Source: an uncultured bacterium (GTDB lineage: Bacteria; Chlamydiota; Chlamydiia; Chlamydiales; SM23-39). Taken from it: a stretch of 64,000 bases of DNA. The stretch is from NCBI GenBank assembly GCA_964626905.1, contig CAZVHA010000005.1, positions 51,345-115,344 of the forward strand, written 5' to 3'. Under the pieces are notes generated by a model. The model searched no databases, was not told the origin of the DNA, and worked only from the letters and a program-made list of their open reading frames with translations. A program made the translations under genes and the position numbers. This document shows positions 20,283-29,971 of this stretch, piece after piece. Within the stretch, counting starts at the first letter, position 1. Each line of letters starts with the position of its first letter.

Positions 20283-21415
20283 AATCCTAAGATAAAGAAC
20301 CCAAAGAATCCCAAAATGAGATGCGAAAAGGTGCACCCCACCAAGGATCTTTGCTTCGCATACATCCACCCCCAGATCAGACCCCAAAAATAGACTCCGA
20401 GGGTGAGAGAAAAAGATAAGTGAAGATGGATCATGCTAAAGGGAAGATTCGAAACGAGAATCGCAATCAGCGTATTGCGCTTTGACAAAAGGAGCTTTTC
20501 CAAAACGTTTTGCATAAACCCGCGGTAAATCATCTCCTGCACCGGAACAAAAATGAGATAGGCGACAACTAAGATCACAAACAACAGCGGAGTATACGGA
20601 ACATTTTCACCGAGCGCAGGAGAAATGGAAATCAGATGCAAGTCATGAAATTCAGTGACCCATCGAATCGCCGCCCATTTCATCAAAACGAGCAAAAGGA
20701 CCATCGGAATCGTCCAAAAAAAGGAGGAAATGAGCTGCTTCCCCCAATTACGACTCGTAAAGCCATAATCGCTCCAGGGATAGTCGGTCTTGCGGACAAG
20801 CATCATCATCGCAAGGACAAACACAATCAGGATCGGCACGCTGATCACTGTGCTCGACAGGACTTGGATCTGAAGTAAATCGAGAAAACGGATCGAATAA
20901 ATATAGAAAAAGATCAGTAGGAGAAGATAAATCAGGCAGTTCCCCAGATGACTTCTCGCTTTTTCCTGTTTCAATTGATTCTGAATCGCCAACACCGCAA
21001 CATCTGCCCCTCCTCTTGCCCGTTCCGTTAAAACTTGCAAAAATTGAAGCTGTATTTGAGCGCCCAGCTCTTTTGTCTCAGGATGTTTGGCAAGCTCTTC
21101 CAAAGAGATCCGAAGAAGCGTGCAAGAAGTTTTTGCTAGGGCCGTTGCAATTCTCCGATGCGACTTTGCCACAGCTGCCATCTCACCGACAACCTCTCCT
21201 TTGTGAATCAGGGCCAAGTGGATCTGATCTTTAACGATCTCTATCGTCCCATCGATCACTAGAAAAAATTCTTCCCCTTGCTCTCCCTCTCGAAAAAGAG
21301 AGCTCCCTTCTTTGAAATGGACCATTTTGGAAAATTGTAAAAGGGCGCTCAACTCGCGCTTCGAAAAGTTCTTGAAAAAGAAATTTTGACTCAAAACATC
21401 GAGATCTACCTCCAT
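20261..21415 (-). CDS. Fusion protein: cyclic-nucleotide-binding domain plus CPBP (CAAX/Abi) intramembrane protease domain
   Basis: The N-terminus is a CAP_ED-like domain (FKEGSSLFREGEQGEEFFLVIDGTIEIV...GEVVGEMAAV...RRIATALA). The C-terminus is polytopic with CPBP motifs (VQEMIYRGF, PFSMIHLH, FSHLILGFFGF). The ATG at 21415 shares one base with the upstream TGA. The track start at 21424 is a GTG. Confidence 0.7.
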   Translation of the reverse strand: MEVDLDVLSQNFFFKNFSKRELSALLQFSKMVHFKEGSSLFREGEQGEEFFLVIDGTIEIVKDQIHLALIHKGEVVGEMAAVAKSHRRIATALAKTSCTLLRISLEELAKHPETKELGAQIQLQFLQVLTERARGGADVAVLAIQNQLKQEKARSHLGNCLIYLLLLIFFYIYSIRFLDLLQIQVLSSTVISVPILIVFVLAMMMLVRKTDYPWSDYGFTSRNWGKQLISSFFWTIPMVLLLVLMKWAAIRWVTEFHDLHLISISPALGENVPYTPLLFVILVVAYLIFVPVQEMIYRGFMQNVLEKLLLSKRNTLIAILVSNLPFSMIHLHLSFSLTLGVYFWGLIWGWMYAKQRSLVGCTFSHLILGFFGFFILGFQDILRM

Positions 21416-22830
21416 CAATCCCACCCTTCAGCCGGCCCGCTTGGCAGATGATGGGTCGATTTTCTGTGGTAAAGGAAAGCGCTCACAAGAAACGCAATGA
21501 CCATCAATATCCCCAAAAGGAAATGGACCGAAGAAAAACTCATCATCTCAGCAATTCTCTCCCCCACATTCGGCAAATAGATGGCCTTTTCCCAACTTGT
21601 AAAAGCAAAAATCAGCGCAAGCCCTATCGTCCCGGCAAATACCCTCAACATACTCACAATCCCAAAAGCAATGCCCAACTGCTCCTCCGGAATATCACTC
21701 ATCGCAACTGTATAGGAAGGGGTAAAGATCAAAGGGAGCCCCATTCCAAAAAAGAAGAGGGGAATCAGGTATAAAATGAGCGTCGGCATTGGCGTGTTGC
21801 CCAACCAGAAAAAAGAGAGGATAATCAGACAATACCCAAGCGCAATCGGCAATTTGGGACTCACCTTGTCAGATAAAAATCCCCCCACATACGAGAAAAA
21901 AAAGACCGGCACGGATGAAAAAGCAGTAATTATACCCGTCTGAGTGGGGGTATATCCCAAAATAGTCTCCGTATAAATCGTTCTAAATACCGTAATCATC
22001 AAAATAAATTGCGAAATCGCAATGCTCACATTGATCGATGCAAAGATCGGACGCTTGAAAAGTGTTAAAGTTATAAACGGATTGCGGGAAGTTTTTTCCC
22101 TTCTGAGGAGTAAAATAGCTGCGATAAAAGCCACAATGCCAGCGGCTAAGACCCTCCTGCTCCCCCATCCCCAGCTCGTCCCTTGCATAAAGACAAGGGT
22201 TGAAAAAAATGAGAAAAGCGCAAAATAAATAAAGCCGAGAAAATCGATCTTCCCCTCCCTTTTAGGAGATTTTGGGAGAACCAAAATGGTCAAAAAGATC
22301 CCAAGTGCTGCAATTGGCAAATTGATCCAAAAAATCCACCGCCAAGAGAGCCACTCAGTTAAAATCCCCCCTATCAATGGCCCCAGGATAAGGGAAATCG
22401 ATCCAATGCTCGCGATAATGCCGACAGCTCTCCCCCTCGAGACGGAAGGAAAACTAGTAGATATGAGCGCCGTCTGAGAAGGGCCGAGCATTGCGCCGGC
22501 AAGCCCCTGAAGGGCCCTGGCCCCAATCAAAAATTCTCCGCTTTGACTCATCCCACAAAGAAGGGAAAATAGAGCAAAAAGAGACATGCCCCAAAGATAA
22601 TTTACCCGGTGTCCAATCCGATCCCCTATTTTCCCCGCGAGTAAAACAAATACAGTCCACGAGAGAAGATAGGCATTGACCGCCCACTGCAAAGAGGTGG
22701 CGCTGGATCCGAACTCCTTTTGAATGACTGGAAGCGCCACGGGCAAAATCGACTGGTCCATGAACATCATCGCCGAAGAAGGAATGATGGCAAAGATTCG
22801 GCGCAGGCGCTCTGCGGATGTCAAGCTCAT
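21415..22830 (-). CDS. MFS transporter, 14-TM DHA2/EmrB-like drug:H+ antiporter family
   Basis: About 471 aa, polytopic. MFS motif A-like GKIGDRIGHR and motif C-like GPLIGGILTE. The ATG at 22830 is preferred over the track GTG at 22839. Confidence 0.85.
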   Translation of the reverse strand: MSLTSAERLRRIFAIIPSSAMMFMDQSILPVALPVIQKEFGSSATSLQWAVNAYLLSWTVFVLLAGKIGDRIGHRVNYLWGMSLFALFSLLCGMSQSGEFLIGARALQGLAGAMLGPSQTALISTSFPSVSRGRAVGIIASIGSISLILGPLIGGILTEWLSWRWIFWINLPIAALGIFLTILVLPKSPKREGKIDFLGFIYFALFSFFSTLVFMQGTSWGWGSRRVLAAGIVAFIAAILLLRREKTSRNPFITLTLFKRPIFASINVSIAISQFILMITVFRTIYTETILGYTPTQTGIITAFSSVPVFFFSYVGGFLSDKVSPKLPIALGYCLIILSFFWLGNTPMPTLILYLIPLFFFGMGLPLIFTPSYTVAMSDIPEEQLGIAFGIVSMLRVFAGTIGLALIFAFTSWEKAIYLPNVGERIAEMMSFSSVHFLLGILMVIAFLVSAFLYHRKSTHHLPSGPAEGWD

Positions 22831-22857
22831 AATCCGCACTATATAATGCGGGTCATT

Positions 22858-23436
22858 TTACTCAAAGGGGGATTGATTCCAAGAGGCAATAGAAATTGGG
22901 TCCTTCCCGAGATCGATCTCACAAAAATGGCCCGTCTTTACTTTCTCGCTGTGAAGGAGGCGAAGAATCCCTCCACTCGTCACGGCCAAAAGGGTCGAGG
23001 TGGGGAATTTTCGATGCAATTCCACGAACCAATTTTGAAGATTTTGCACATGCTCTTGAGCTTGTCCTTGAAAAATAGCGCTTTGCCACTCCGCACTTGC
23101 CGACCAACGGGCATACTGCAAAGGCCACCCGCGTACAATTTGTTCAGCAGTGAGTCCCTCCCAAAGGCCATAGTCGATCTCATTGAGCACTGGCACCTGC
23201 TCTACGGCCATTGCCAACGGATCCGCAATCGCCCGAGCCGTTTCTATCTGTCTTTTAAGTCCCCCCGCAAAAATGGCGCTCACCTCAATTCTTTTTTTGC
23301 GCATATATGCGGCCATTTGGCTCGCTTGTCCCTTCCCAAAAAGGGTTAACGGGAGATCGGTTCGCGCGCCAATTTGAATCGGTGATTGCCCCTCCTCAAA
23401 TGTGTTGCCATGGCGCATTAAAATAAGCCTCGTCAC
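22858..23436 (-). CDS. Histidine phosphatase family protein (phosphoglycerate mutase-like)
   Basis: 192 aa with LILMRHGNT (catalytic RHG) near the N-terminus. The GTG start overlaps the kdsB stop (GTGA). Confidence 0.8.
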   Translation of the reverse strand: MTRLILMRHGNTFEEGQSPIQIGARTDLPLTLFGKGQASQMAAYMRKKRIEVSAIFAGGLKRQIETARAIADPLAMAVEQVPVLNEIDYGLWEGLTAEQIVRGWPLQYARWSASAEWQSAIFQGQAQEHVQNLQNWFVELHRKFPTSTLLAVTSGGILRLLHSEKVKTGHFCEIDLGKDPISIASWNQSPFE

Positions 23437-24206
23437 AACAGTTCCCCCTCTTTTGCAATGATCGACTCGATCAAAGCTACATCTTCGGGGCGATCGACTG
23501 ATCCATGGGTCCTTCCCCGATAATCGATTTCAACTACCCGAATCGGGATCCCATTTTCCAAAGCGCGCAACTGCTCCAGTTTTTCGCACCTTTCCAAAGG
23601 ACCTTCGGGAAGAGTGCGCAAATAGCGAAGCGTTTGGGCCCGATAAGCGTAAAGGCCGATATGCCGAAAAATAGTCTGGTTGAATGGCTCCCGGGCGTAA
23701 GGGATCAGCGCTTTTGAGAAATAAAGGGCATTTTTATGCCGATCAAAAACCACTGTAGTCCCACTGGAACTTCCCCTCTGTTTTGCCTTTACAAAATGGG
23801 CGAGCGCCTCCCCTTGCAGATGCACTGCCGGCGTGGCAATCTGAACGCTCGGCTCATTCAACATCACTTTTAAAACCTCTTCGATGGCCCATGGGGGGGT
23901 TAAGACAGCATCTCCTTGCAAACTAAAAAAAATCGAATGGTCGGGAAATTTTTGGACCACTTCGGCCACGCGATCAGTGCCTGTCGGACATTCGGGGCTC
24001 GTCATGCACACATGCGCGCCAAACCCCTTTGCGAAGGCAAAGAGGGTCGGGTCATCCGTGGCGATGACGACATCCCCTGCCGAAGGGACCGCTTTCCCTA
24101 TGGCCCACACCCGCTCAATCATCGTTTTTCCGGCAATCTGGACCATCGGCTTATTTGGAAACCGGGTCGAGGCCATGCGGGCAGGGATTACAATCAGTAC
24201 AGACAT
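23433..24206 (-). CDS. kdsB: 3-deoxy-manno-octulosonate cytidylyltransferase (CMP-Kdo synthetase)
   Basis: MSVLIVIPARMASTRFPNKPM...IATDD...LQGD motifs. The ATG at 24206 is preferred. The track TTG at 24251 adds 15 residues. Confidence 0.9.
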   Translation of the reverse strand: MSVLIVIPARMASTRFPNKPMVQIAGKTMIERVWAIGKAVPSAGDVVIATDDPTLFAFAKGFGAHVCMTSPECPTGTDRVAEVVQKFPDHSIFFSLQGDAVLTPPWAIEEVLKVMLNEPSVQIATPAVHLQGEALAHFVKAKQRGSSSGTTVVFDRHKNALYFSKALIPYAREPFNQTIFRHIGLYAYRAQTLRYLRTLPEGPLERCEKLEQLRALENGIPIRVVEIDYRGRTHGSVDRPEDVALIESIIAKEGELL

Positions 24207-24319
24207 GCTAGCGCTCCATGGTAAAATGGGCCTCCTCTTTAGGGCAATCAATATTTAAGCTTCGCCAAAAACAGGGATTGAGGTATGTGTACAATTAAGA
24301 CAAGAGCTCTGAGGGGAGT

Positions 24320-24712
24320 ATGGAATTTTTACAAGATTTATTTGCGTTTATCGGCAGAGTGTTGATCAGCGGCACGTTTCTCTGGTTAGCCTATGAAAAA
24401 ATCACCCATTGGGATCGATCGATCGAATATATGAAATCCCATGGCGTGCCCAATGTCAATCTGATATTGCCGGTTGAAGTTGGGGTCAAAATCATTGGGT
24501 CTATATTGATATTTTTGGGATGGTATGCGCATGTGGGAGCCCTTTTACTCCTCATCGTATCGATCGCCTCACTATTGAAAATGCACCACTGGTGGAAAAT
24601 GAGCTCGTCTGAGGAGGCAGAAGTAGAAAAATTCTTCTTCTTTAAAGATGCTGCCGTCATTGGGGGGTTATTTATGATTTTGGCATTTGGGTCGGGCCGC
24701 TTCGGATTATAG
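24320..24712 (+). CDS. DoxX family membrane protein
   Basis: 130 aa with four hydrophobic helices. The GRVLISGTFLWLAYEKI start is typical of DoxX. Confidence 0.7.
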   Translation: MEFLQDLFAFIGRVLISGTFLWLAYEKITHWDRSIEYMKSHGVPNVNLILPVEVGVKIIGSILIFLGWYAHVGALLLLIVSIASLLKMHHWWKMSSSEEAEVEKFFFFKDAAVIGGLFMILAFGSGRFGL

Positions 24713-25637
24713 ACGCTAGCTTCAAAAAAGCCCTCTTGGCTTTTCCGACCGAAATGAATGTTTTCCAGTGGCGATCCCTCAATCTCAGCCCCCGAATATT
24801 GGGAATCCATGGACTGGGAGTGACGACTACCCCCTTATGAAAACTGGGGGCCCACATATTGGCCCAAGTTTTTCTCCTGCAAAGAGTCAAAGTGGGCACT
24901 CCGAGGGCCGATGCGAGATGGCCCAAGCCCGAATCATTGCCGATAAGAAAACCCGACTCGTATAGAAAGCAGGCCAAAAGATCGAGTGTCGGGAAAAGGG
25001 GCACATCAAACCCCCTCTCTTCCCAACCGGCCTTTGCCCCGGGGATGAGAACAGGCTCATACCCCTCTTCTTTCAAAGCAGTTGCGAGGGCCAAAAATTT
25101 TTCTTTAGGCCAGTTGCGCGTCTCTCTTGCGCTCGTCGGATGAATGGCGACCCTTTTAGGGTGCTTTCTTGAAACCAGGCCACTGAGCGGAATAAATCCG
25201 TTGCTCTTTGTTATTTTGGGCAAATGGAGGATCTTTTCACAAAAGAGCTTCATATTCTCGGAGATCGGCAAAGTGGGATCGGTCAAACAATCGGCGTAGT
25301 AGGGTTCATTGACGATGTTTTTGGAAGGGTAGAGATAAATGATCTTCATCTGATCGGGAAAACGGCGCTTTCCCTCTTCTGCGAGTTTTAAGACAAAGGG
25401 GTCTGTATCGTTATGGACGACAAAAAACCAATCATAGGCGTTGAGAATGCGAGAAAGCTCTGAAAGAGGGGGGTAAGGGAGTACCGCTAGGTGGGGAACC
25501 CAATTTTGCATAGCCCCCATTACATTACTATAGGTGTGGACCTTCCAACCGTTGAGCTGCAAATTGTTCGATAACACTAAGGAATTGACGCCATCTCCAA
25601 GCCCATTGTGGCAAAAGACACCTGCTTTCGGTCCCAT
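24672..25637 (-). CDS. Glycosyltransferase family 9 (LPS heptosyltransferase-like)
   Basis: 321 aa starting HNGLGDG. C-terminal GNDSGLGHLASALGVPTLTL signature of GT9. Confidence 0.8.
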   Translation of the reverse strand: MGPKAGVFCHNGLGDGVNSLVLSNNLQLNGWKVHTYSNVMGAMQNWVPHLAVLPYPPLSELSRILNAYDWFFVVHNDTDPFVLKLAEEGKRRFPDQMKIIYLYPSKNIVNEPYYADCLTDPTLPISENMKLFCEKILHLPKITKSNGFIPLSGLVSRKHPKRVAIHPTSARETRNWPKEKFLALATALKEEGYEPVLIPGAKAGWEERGFDVPLFPTLDLLACFLYESGFLIGNDSGLGHLASALGVPTLTLCRRKTWANMWAPSFHKGVVVTPSPWIPNIRGLRLRDRHWKTFISVGKAKRAFLKLASIIRSGPTQMPKS

Positions 25638-25729
25638 TGAAATCCTCCCAAAGGAGCCATTTTAATCGGTTGGGGACAAGAGAATCAATCGCCTTGTTTT
25701 AGATTAGCCGTTTGGTGTATGGGGAGGGC

Positions 25730-26911
25730 ATGAAGCAAATGCCCCTCACCCAACAGCGCCTCGTGATGACAGGCGCTCTGCGCCAGGCTCTCGAGATTCT
25801 CAGGATGCCAGAGCAAGAACTTGCCCTGTGGCTGCTCAAAGAGATTGAAAAAAACCCCTTTTTGGAGCTCAATACCCCCAAGATGAAAAGGCGCTTCGAG
25901 GGAGATTTTCCAGCCCCCTTGACTCTTCATGAACACCTCATGAATCAAATCCGAGACCAGTTCCAAGGAGAACTTGAGCAAAAAGAGGCCCTTTCGCTCC
26001 TCGATCAATTGGATGAGCGGGGGTTCATCGGCATGGAAGTGGCGCAAACGCCTACCTTAACTCTTTTGCAAACGTTCGAACCCCCCGGAATTTTTGCGAG
26101 AAATCTCCAAGAATCGCTCCTCTTGCAGCTCAAGGCTAGAGGAGCCCTCCATTCAACAGCCTATTTTCTCGTCGAAAACCACTACGAAGATCTCCTGCAT
26201 GGCCGTTTCAGCATCATTGCGAAAAAACTGAAGGAAGAAGATCTAAAAAAAGGACTCGATCTCCTCGCGCGCCTCTCCATGAGACCCGCATATGCCTTTA
26301 AAGAGGAGCAGCTGCGCCCCATTATCCCCGATCTTACGATCGAGCGAATCGACGGGGGATGGACGATTGCCCTCAATGAGGAGGATCTGCCCGAAGTGAA
26401 ATTGCAAACCAGGTATTTTGATCTCGATGTGAAAGGGGATGAGGAAAATGAGTGGATCCGGGCATTCAAAACAGAGGCAAAATGGATTATCCGCTCATTG
26501 ACGAGAAGGCGTAAACTCCTTTTAGAGATTGGAAAGGCAATCCTCACAAAACAGGCTCCCTTTCTAGACCAAAAAGGTCCCTTGGCCCCCCTCAGCATGT
26601 CAGAGCTCGCAAGTGAGCTCGAAATCCATGAATCGACCCTCTCAAGAGCTTTTTCCGAAAAATATATCGCAACCCCTCGGGGAATTCTTCCAATGAGCTC
26701 TTTAGTCAAAGCAGATCCAAAACCGGCCCACGCCAGAGAAATGCTCGAAAAATTGATTGCTAGCGAAGACAAACAAAACCCATTGACCGATGAAGAGCTC
26801 TCAAACGCATTGATTAAAGAGGGGATCTTTATCGCGAGAAGAACCGTAGCAAAATATAGAGGCAAACTCAATATTGGGTCTGCCTCACAAAGAAAATACT
26901 CAAGAAACTGA
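25730..26911 (+). CDS. rpoN: RNA polymerase sigma-54 factor
   Basis: MKQMPLTQQRLVMTGALRQALEILRMP..EIEKNPFLE region I. C-terminal HTH and RpoN box ARRTVAKYR. GGGGAGGG RBS before the ATG at 25730. The track start at 25712 is a TTG. Confidence 0.9.
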   Translation: MKQMPLTQQRLVMTGALRQALEILRMPEQELALWLLKEIEKNPFLELNTPKMKRRFEGDFPAPLTLHEHLMNQIRDQFQGELEQKEALSLLDQLDERGFIGMEVAQTPTLTLLQTFEPPGIFARNLQESLLLQLKARGALHSTAYFLVENHYEDLLHGRFSIIAKKLKEEDLKKGLDLLARLSMRPAYAFKEEQLRPIIPDLTIERIDGGWTIALNEEDLPEVKLQTRYFDLDVKGDEENEWIRAFKTEAKWIIRSLTRRRKLLLEIGKAILTKQAPFLDQKGPLAPLSMSELASELEIHESTLSRAFSEKYIATPRGILPMSSLVKADPKPAHAREMLEKLIASEDKQNPLTDEELSNALIKEGIFIARRTVAKYRGKLNIGSASQRKYSRN

Positions 26912-28171
26912 CCACTCGCGATCGGGATGGTGCATCAAAATCACCGCGATCACAGCCACTCCCGTAATTCCCGCAAGGAGCAAAAAGGCCCCCTGATAAT
27001 TCCCCGTGAGATCGATCAATCTCCCCGTCAAAATCGGCCCTATCACCCCGCCGAGCGATAGACAGCTCGAGGTGAGCCCTTGCGCCGTCCCTGAACGGTT
27101 TTTTGCAACATCGATATTGACACTGAAAAAGGCCGGCTGCGGCATGAGCCCAAACCCGAGGGCCAGACTCAAAAAGAGAATGGATGGAAATAGAGTCGTT
27201 GTAAAGCTGAGAAGGACAAAGAAAAATGCGGCGAGCAATTGACTGACCCAAATGAGATGAGAGCGGGCAAGTCTGCCACTTCCCGTCTTCTTGTAGAGAT
27301 AATCAGACAAAAATCCCCCCAATTTTAAAAAAACAGCCCCCACTAACCACGGGATCGTGAGATACCAGCCAACACTTTTCAAATTGAGGTTGTGCTGCGT
27401 TAAAAAATAGCCGGGAAGCCAAAGGGTGGCAAAAAAGAGCATGTAGCCAAAAGCGAAATAGGCGATGTTGTTTGCAATGAGAGCCGGATGCATCAGGATA
27501 AAGCGCCAATCGATAAAGTTTTTTTTCTGCTCGGAAGACATCAAAGAGGGAGTCGCAATCCAGTCCCTCTCCTCGGGAGATACCCGTTTACAGTCCTTGG
27601 GATGATCGGTAAAACAAAAATACCAGACGAACCCCCAAAGAATGCCAACCGAACTGATGATGAAAAACATCGCTCTCCACCCAAAATCGGCGACGAGATA
27701 CGAGGTGAGGGGAGCTCCAACCACAGCCGAAAGGGGGATCGCCACTAACCCCAACCCAAGAGCTGTCGCCCTCTCAGAAGGCGATAGCCAATTGCTCACC
27801 GAACAGGTAATGGCAGGAAAGTGGGGCCCCTCCGCCACTCCTAATAAAAAACGGATCCAGATAAATCCCCAAAATCCAGAGGCGAGCCCCAAAACAGCCA
27901 CGCATAAAGACCAAAAAATCGCCGCAAGCGGCCACACGATCCGGGGCCCCCATCGATCGACGAGCCAGCCCCCCAGCATCGTCATGAAAATATAGCCCAT
28001 CCCAAAAGCCGAGAGAATCATCCCAAACTGGGTGTCGGTAAAATGGAATTCCTCTTTTAAAGGGCCTATGACAAACGAGATTGCCGATCTATCCACAAAG
28101 TTAATTAAGGTTATTACGAAAATAAGAGTCGCAATAAACCAACGATAATTAGTTCGACTTACAATCGCCAT
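26900..28171 (-). CDS. MFS transporter (anion:cation symporter/ACS-like subfamily)
   Basis: 423 aa with 12 TM. N-terminal FINFVDRSAISF pattern and GGWLVDRWGPR motif A. Confidence 0.85.
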   Translation of the reverse strand: MAIVSRTNYRWFIATLIFVITLINFVDRSAISFVIGPLKEEFHFTDTQFGMILSAFGMGYIFMTMLGGWLVDRWGPRIVWPLAAIFWSLCVAVLGLASGFWGFIWIRFLLGVAEGPHFPAITCSVSNWLSPSERATALGLGLVAIPLSAVVGAPLTSYLVADFGWRAMFFIISSVGILWGFVWYFCFTDHPKDCKRVSPEERDWIATPSLMSSEQKKNFIDWRFILMHPALIANNIAYFAFGYMLFFATLWLPGYFLTQHNLNLKSVGWYLTIPWLVGAVFLKLGGFLSDYLYKKTGSGRLARSHLIWVSQLLAAFFFVLLSFTTTLFPSILFLSLALGFGLMPQPAFFSVNIDVAKNRSGTAQGLTSSCLSLGGVIGPILTGRLIDLTGNYQGAFLLLAGITGVAVIAVILMHHPDREWSVS

Positions 28172-28223
28172 GAAACCTCACCCATTTAAGTTTGAGGAGA
28201 TTATCACAAGTCAAATCTTTTCG

Positions 28224-29102
28224 CTATACAAATTGTTTGTTAAACTCCCGTTCCAAAAGCCTCAAGGGAGACTTCTCGGGTGTGAGAAGTCCCTTTTGAG
28301 GAATGATCAAGGTTTGCTCCAAAGCGTACTGGCCCTGAAGAGCGGCGTGGGACACCTGGTCTGTAAAGACAGCCCAGCAAGAAAGGGGGGGGAATTCCCA
28401 GCGTTTTTTCGAACACTGCTCTTGGAATGCGCTATTTTCTTTCAAGTAATTATGGAATCGCAGCATGAAACTATCGTATGGGGAGCGCAGCGCCCATTTC
28501 ATTCCCAAAGGGCGCAAGAGCCTGCGCAATATTTTATAATTGGACTGGGGAATCTCTTTGCCAAACTGTTGTAACAGCTCTTCAAAACTATTCGATGTGT
28601 TCCAAACGCGATTTTCTACTGGGTTAATGTTGGTGAAAAAGCGCAAAATACGGGCTCCATGCAAGGGGCGGGTCGGAAATGCATCGACATGGAGAAGGTC
28701 ATTCCTTGCGCGCAAACGGAGGCCCCGCCCTTTTTCTTGGAAGGGGCGAAAACTGGCGTAGTCGTGTCTCCAATATTTTGCATACGGGGACAATAGCGAA
28801 GAGAGGAAAGTAGTGACTCGATTGGAGTAGCTGCGCAAAATACCTTTTAGTTTTTCTGCTTCCAAGGGATCCTTTGTTTCGTGATTGGTGATCCGATCGA
28901 GTCCCGGTTTGTAGGCGATATTTTTTCTCGCCTTCGACGAACCCTGCTTTTGCGCCAGGAGAAATTCGATCTCATTTTTAGGAAAATCAAAGGGGACCTC
29001 TGGGAAAAAAAGGAGATTGCCCTTTTCCAACTCGGTGCAATATTTCAACCTATTTTCTTCTCGCTCCCATTCTCGATCTTGCACAACAATTTTTTGAGTC
29101 AT
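28224..29102 (-). CDS. kdoO: Kdo hydroxylase-like Fe(II)/2-oxoglutarate dioxygenase (KdoO family)
   Basis: 292 aa from the MTQKIVV ATG at 29102, which overlaps the upstream stop (ATGA). LLHVDAFPTRPLHGARILRFFTNINP carries the HxD at nt 28683-28691. The distal His lies in FTDQVSHAALQGQYALEQT. The longer track ORF to 29444 overlaps the upstream gene and was not used. Confidence 0.7.
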   Translation of the reverse strand: MTQKIVVQDREWEREENRLKYCTELEKGNLLFFPEVPFDFPKNEIEFLLAQKQGSSKARKNIAYKPGLDRITNHETKDPLEAEKLKGILRSYSNRVTTFLSSLLSPYAKYWRHDYASFRPFQEKGRGLRLRARNDLLHVDAFPTRPLHGARILRFFTNINPVENRVWNTSNSFEELLQQFGKEIPQSNYKILRRLLRPLGMKWALRSPYDSFMLRFHNYLKENSAFQEQCSKKRWEFPPLSCWAVFTDQVSHAALQGQYALEQTLIIPQKGLLTPEKSPLRLLEREFNKQFV

Positions 29103-29872
29103 ACCTCTCCTTTTAAATATGCGCGGATAATTCTCCAGCGCAAACAGTTTTGTTTTTCGGCCAAAAGCTCTATCGACATCTTCTTTGAAAGCAGCTCTAT
29201 TTCCCGATCGGTGAGTCTGAAAAGGATCGCCCGAGTGCTGCGGGGATTTTGAGTTTTCTGATCGATCTGATGAGCAGCCCTGCGCAATTGCAAATGGCGC
29301 CGAATCAGGCGATGAAACCCGAGCCCCGTCCAAAAAGCCCCCAACAAATAAAACGGGGGAAAAAAAGCGCCTCCTAAAATAGAAAGCAAAAAGGGCCACG
29401 CTTCCCAGGGGCGGCGCAAAATGGGACCGAGGACCCGTCTCCACCTCTTTTCGGAAGTCATATAGGCAAAAAATTCTTCAAAAACGGCCTCGTTGAACCC
29501 ACATCTCGCCCCGTGAACCGCCTCATGCGCCAAAATCTCCTCTCGGCGATAGAGTTTTAGATAACGGCCTCTCTTTTTTAACCCCTCTCGGAGTTGGATA
29601 GAGCTCAACCTTCCCCCCTCAATCCAGGAAGCTGCTCCTTGCCAGGGGGTGAGTCCCCGATTTGAGTAAAAAGCGCAAATGTAAAGCGGCTTTACATTAA
29701 AAAGTTCATAGAGAAACTCGCGCACCCAGTCCCAATGGACCTCAGGAATCCACTCCCCTTCTTTGTACTGATTTTGGGTCTTTGACACTCTTAGGGCGAA
29801 GGCCTCTTCATCCTCGTTGGGCCCGGGAATGAACCCGATTTTATCTAGCTCCAATAAGTCGCGATCTGTCAT
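29099..29872 (-). CDS. Hypothetical membrane-associated HExxH protein (putative zinc metalloprotease-like)
   Basis: 257 aa. HEAVH at nt 29513-29527 is followed by NEAVFEEF and two hydrophobic helices (WPFLLSILGGAFFPPFYLLGAFWTGLGF). The gene contains palindrome copy B. Confidence 0.55.
   Translation of the reverse strand: MTDRDLLELDKIGFIPGPNEDEEAFALRVSKTQNQYKEGEWIPEVHWDWVREFLYELFNVKPLYICAFYSNRGLTPWQGAASWIEGGRLSSIQLREGLKKRGRYLKLYRREEILAHEAVHGARCGFNEAVFEEFFAYMTSEKRWRRVLGPILRRPWEAWPFLLSILGGAFFPPFYLLGAFWTGLGFHRLIRRHLQLRRAAHQIDQKTQNPRSTRAILFRLTDREIELLSKKMSIELLAEKQNCLRWRIIRAYLKGEV
29678..29698. repeat. Copy B of the dispersed palindrome (AATGTAAAGCGGCTTTACATT), inside the HExxH gene
   Basis: 21-nt perfect palindrome. 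It is read on the minus strand in-frame as NVKPLYI. Confidence 0.95.
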
Positions 29873-29971
29873 AAAGAAACATTATGGTCTGAAGGGGAAA
29901 AACTTCACAGTCCTTTCTCGAAAATCGGAAATCGGGTACGATCGGGCCCAGTTTAAAGACTTAAGGCACAT

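Noticed and set aside
29103-29444. The N-terminal 114-codon extension of the track ORF 28224-29444
   Set aside because: It overlaps the HExxH gene in another frame and is Arg/Ser/Pro-rich. KdoO-like similarity begins only at MTQKIVV, whose ATG overlaps the upstream stop (ATGA).
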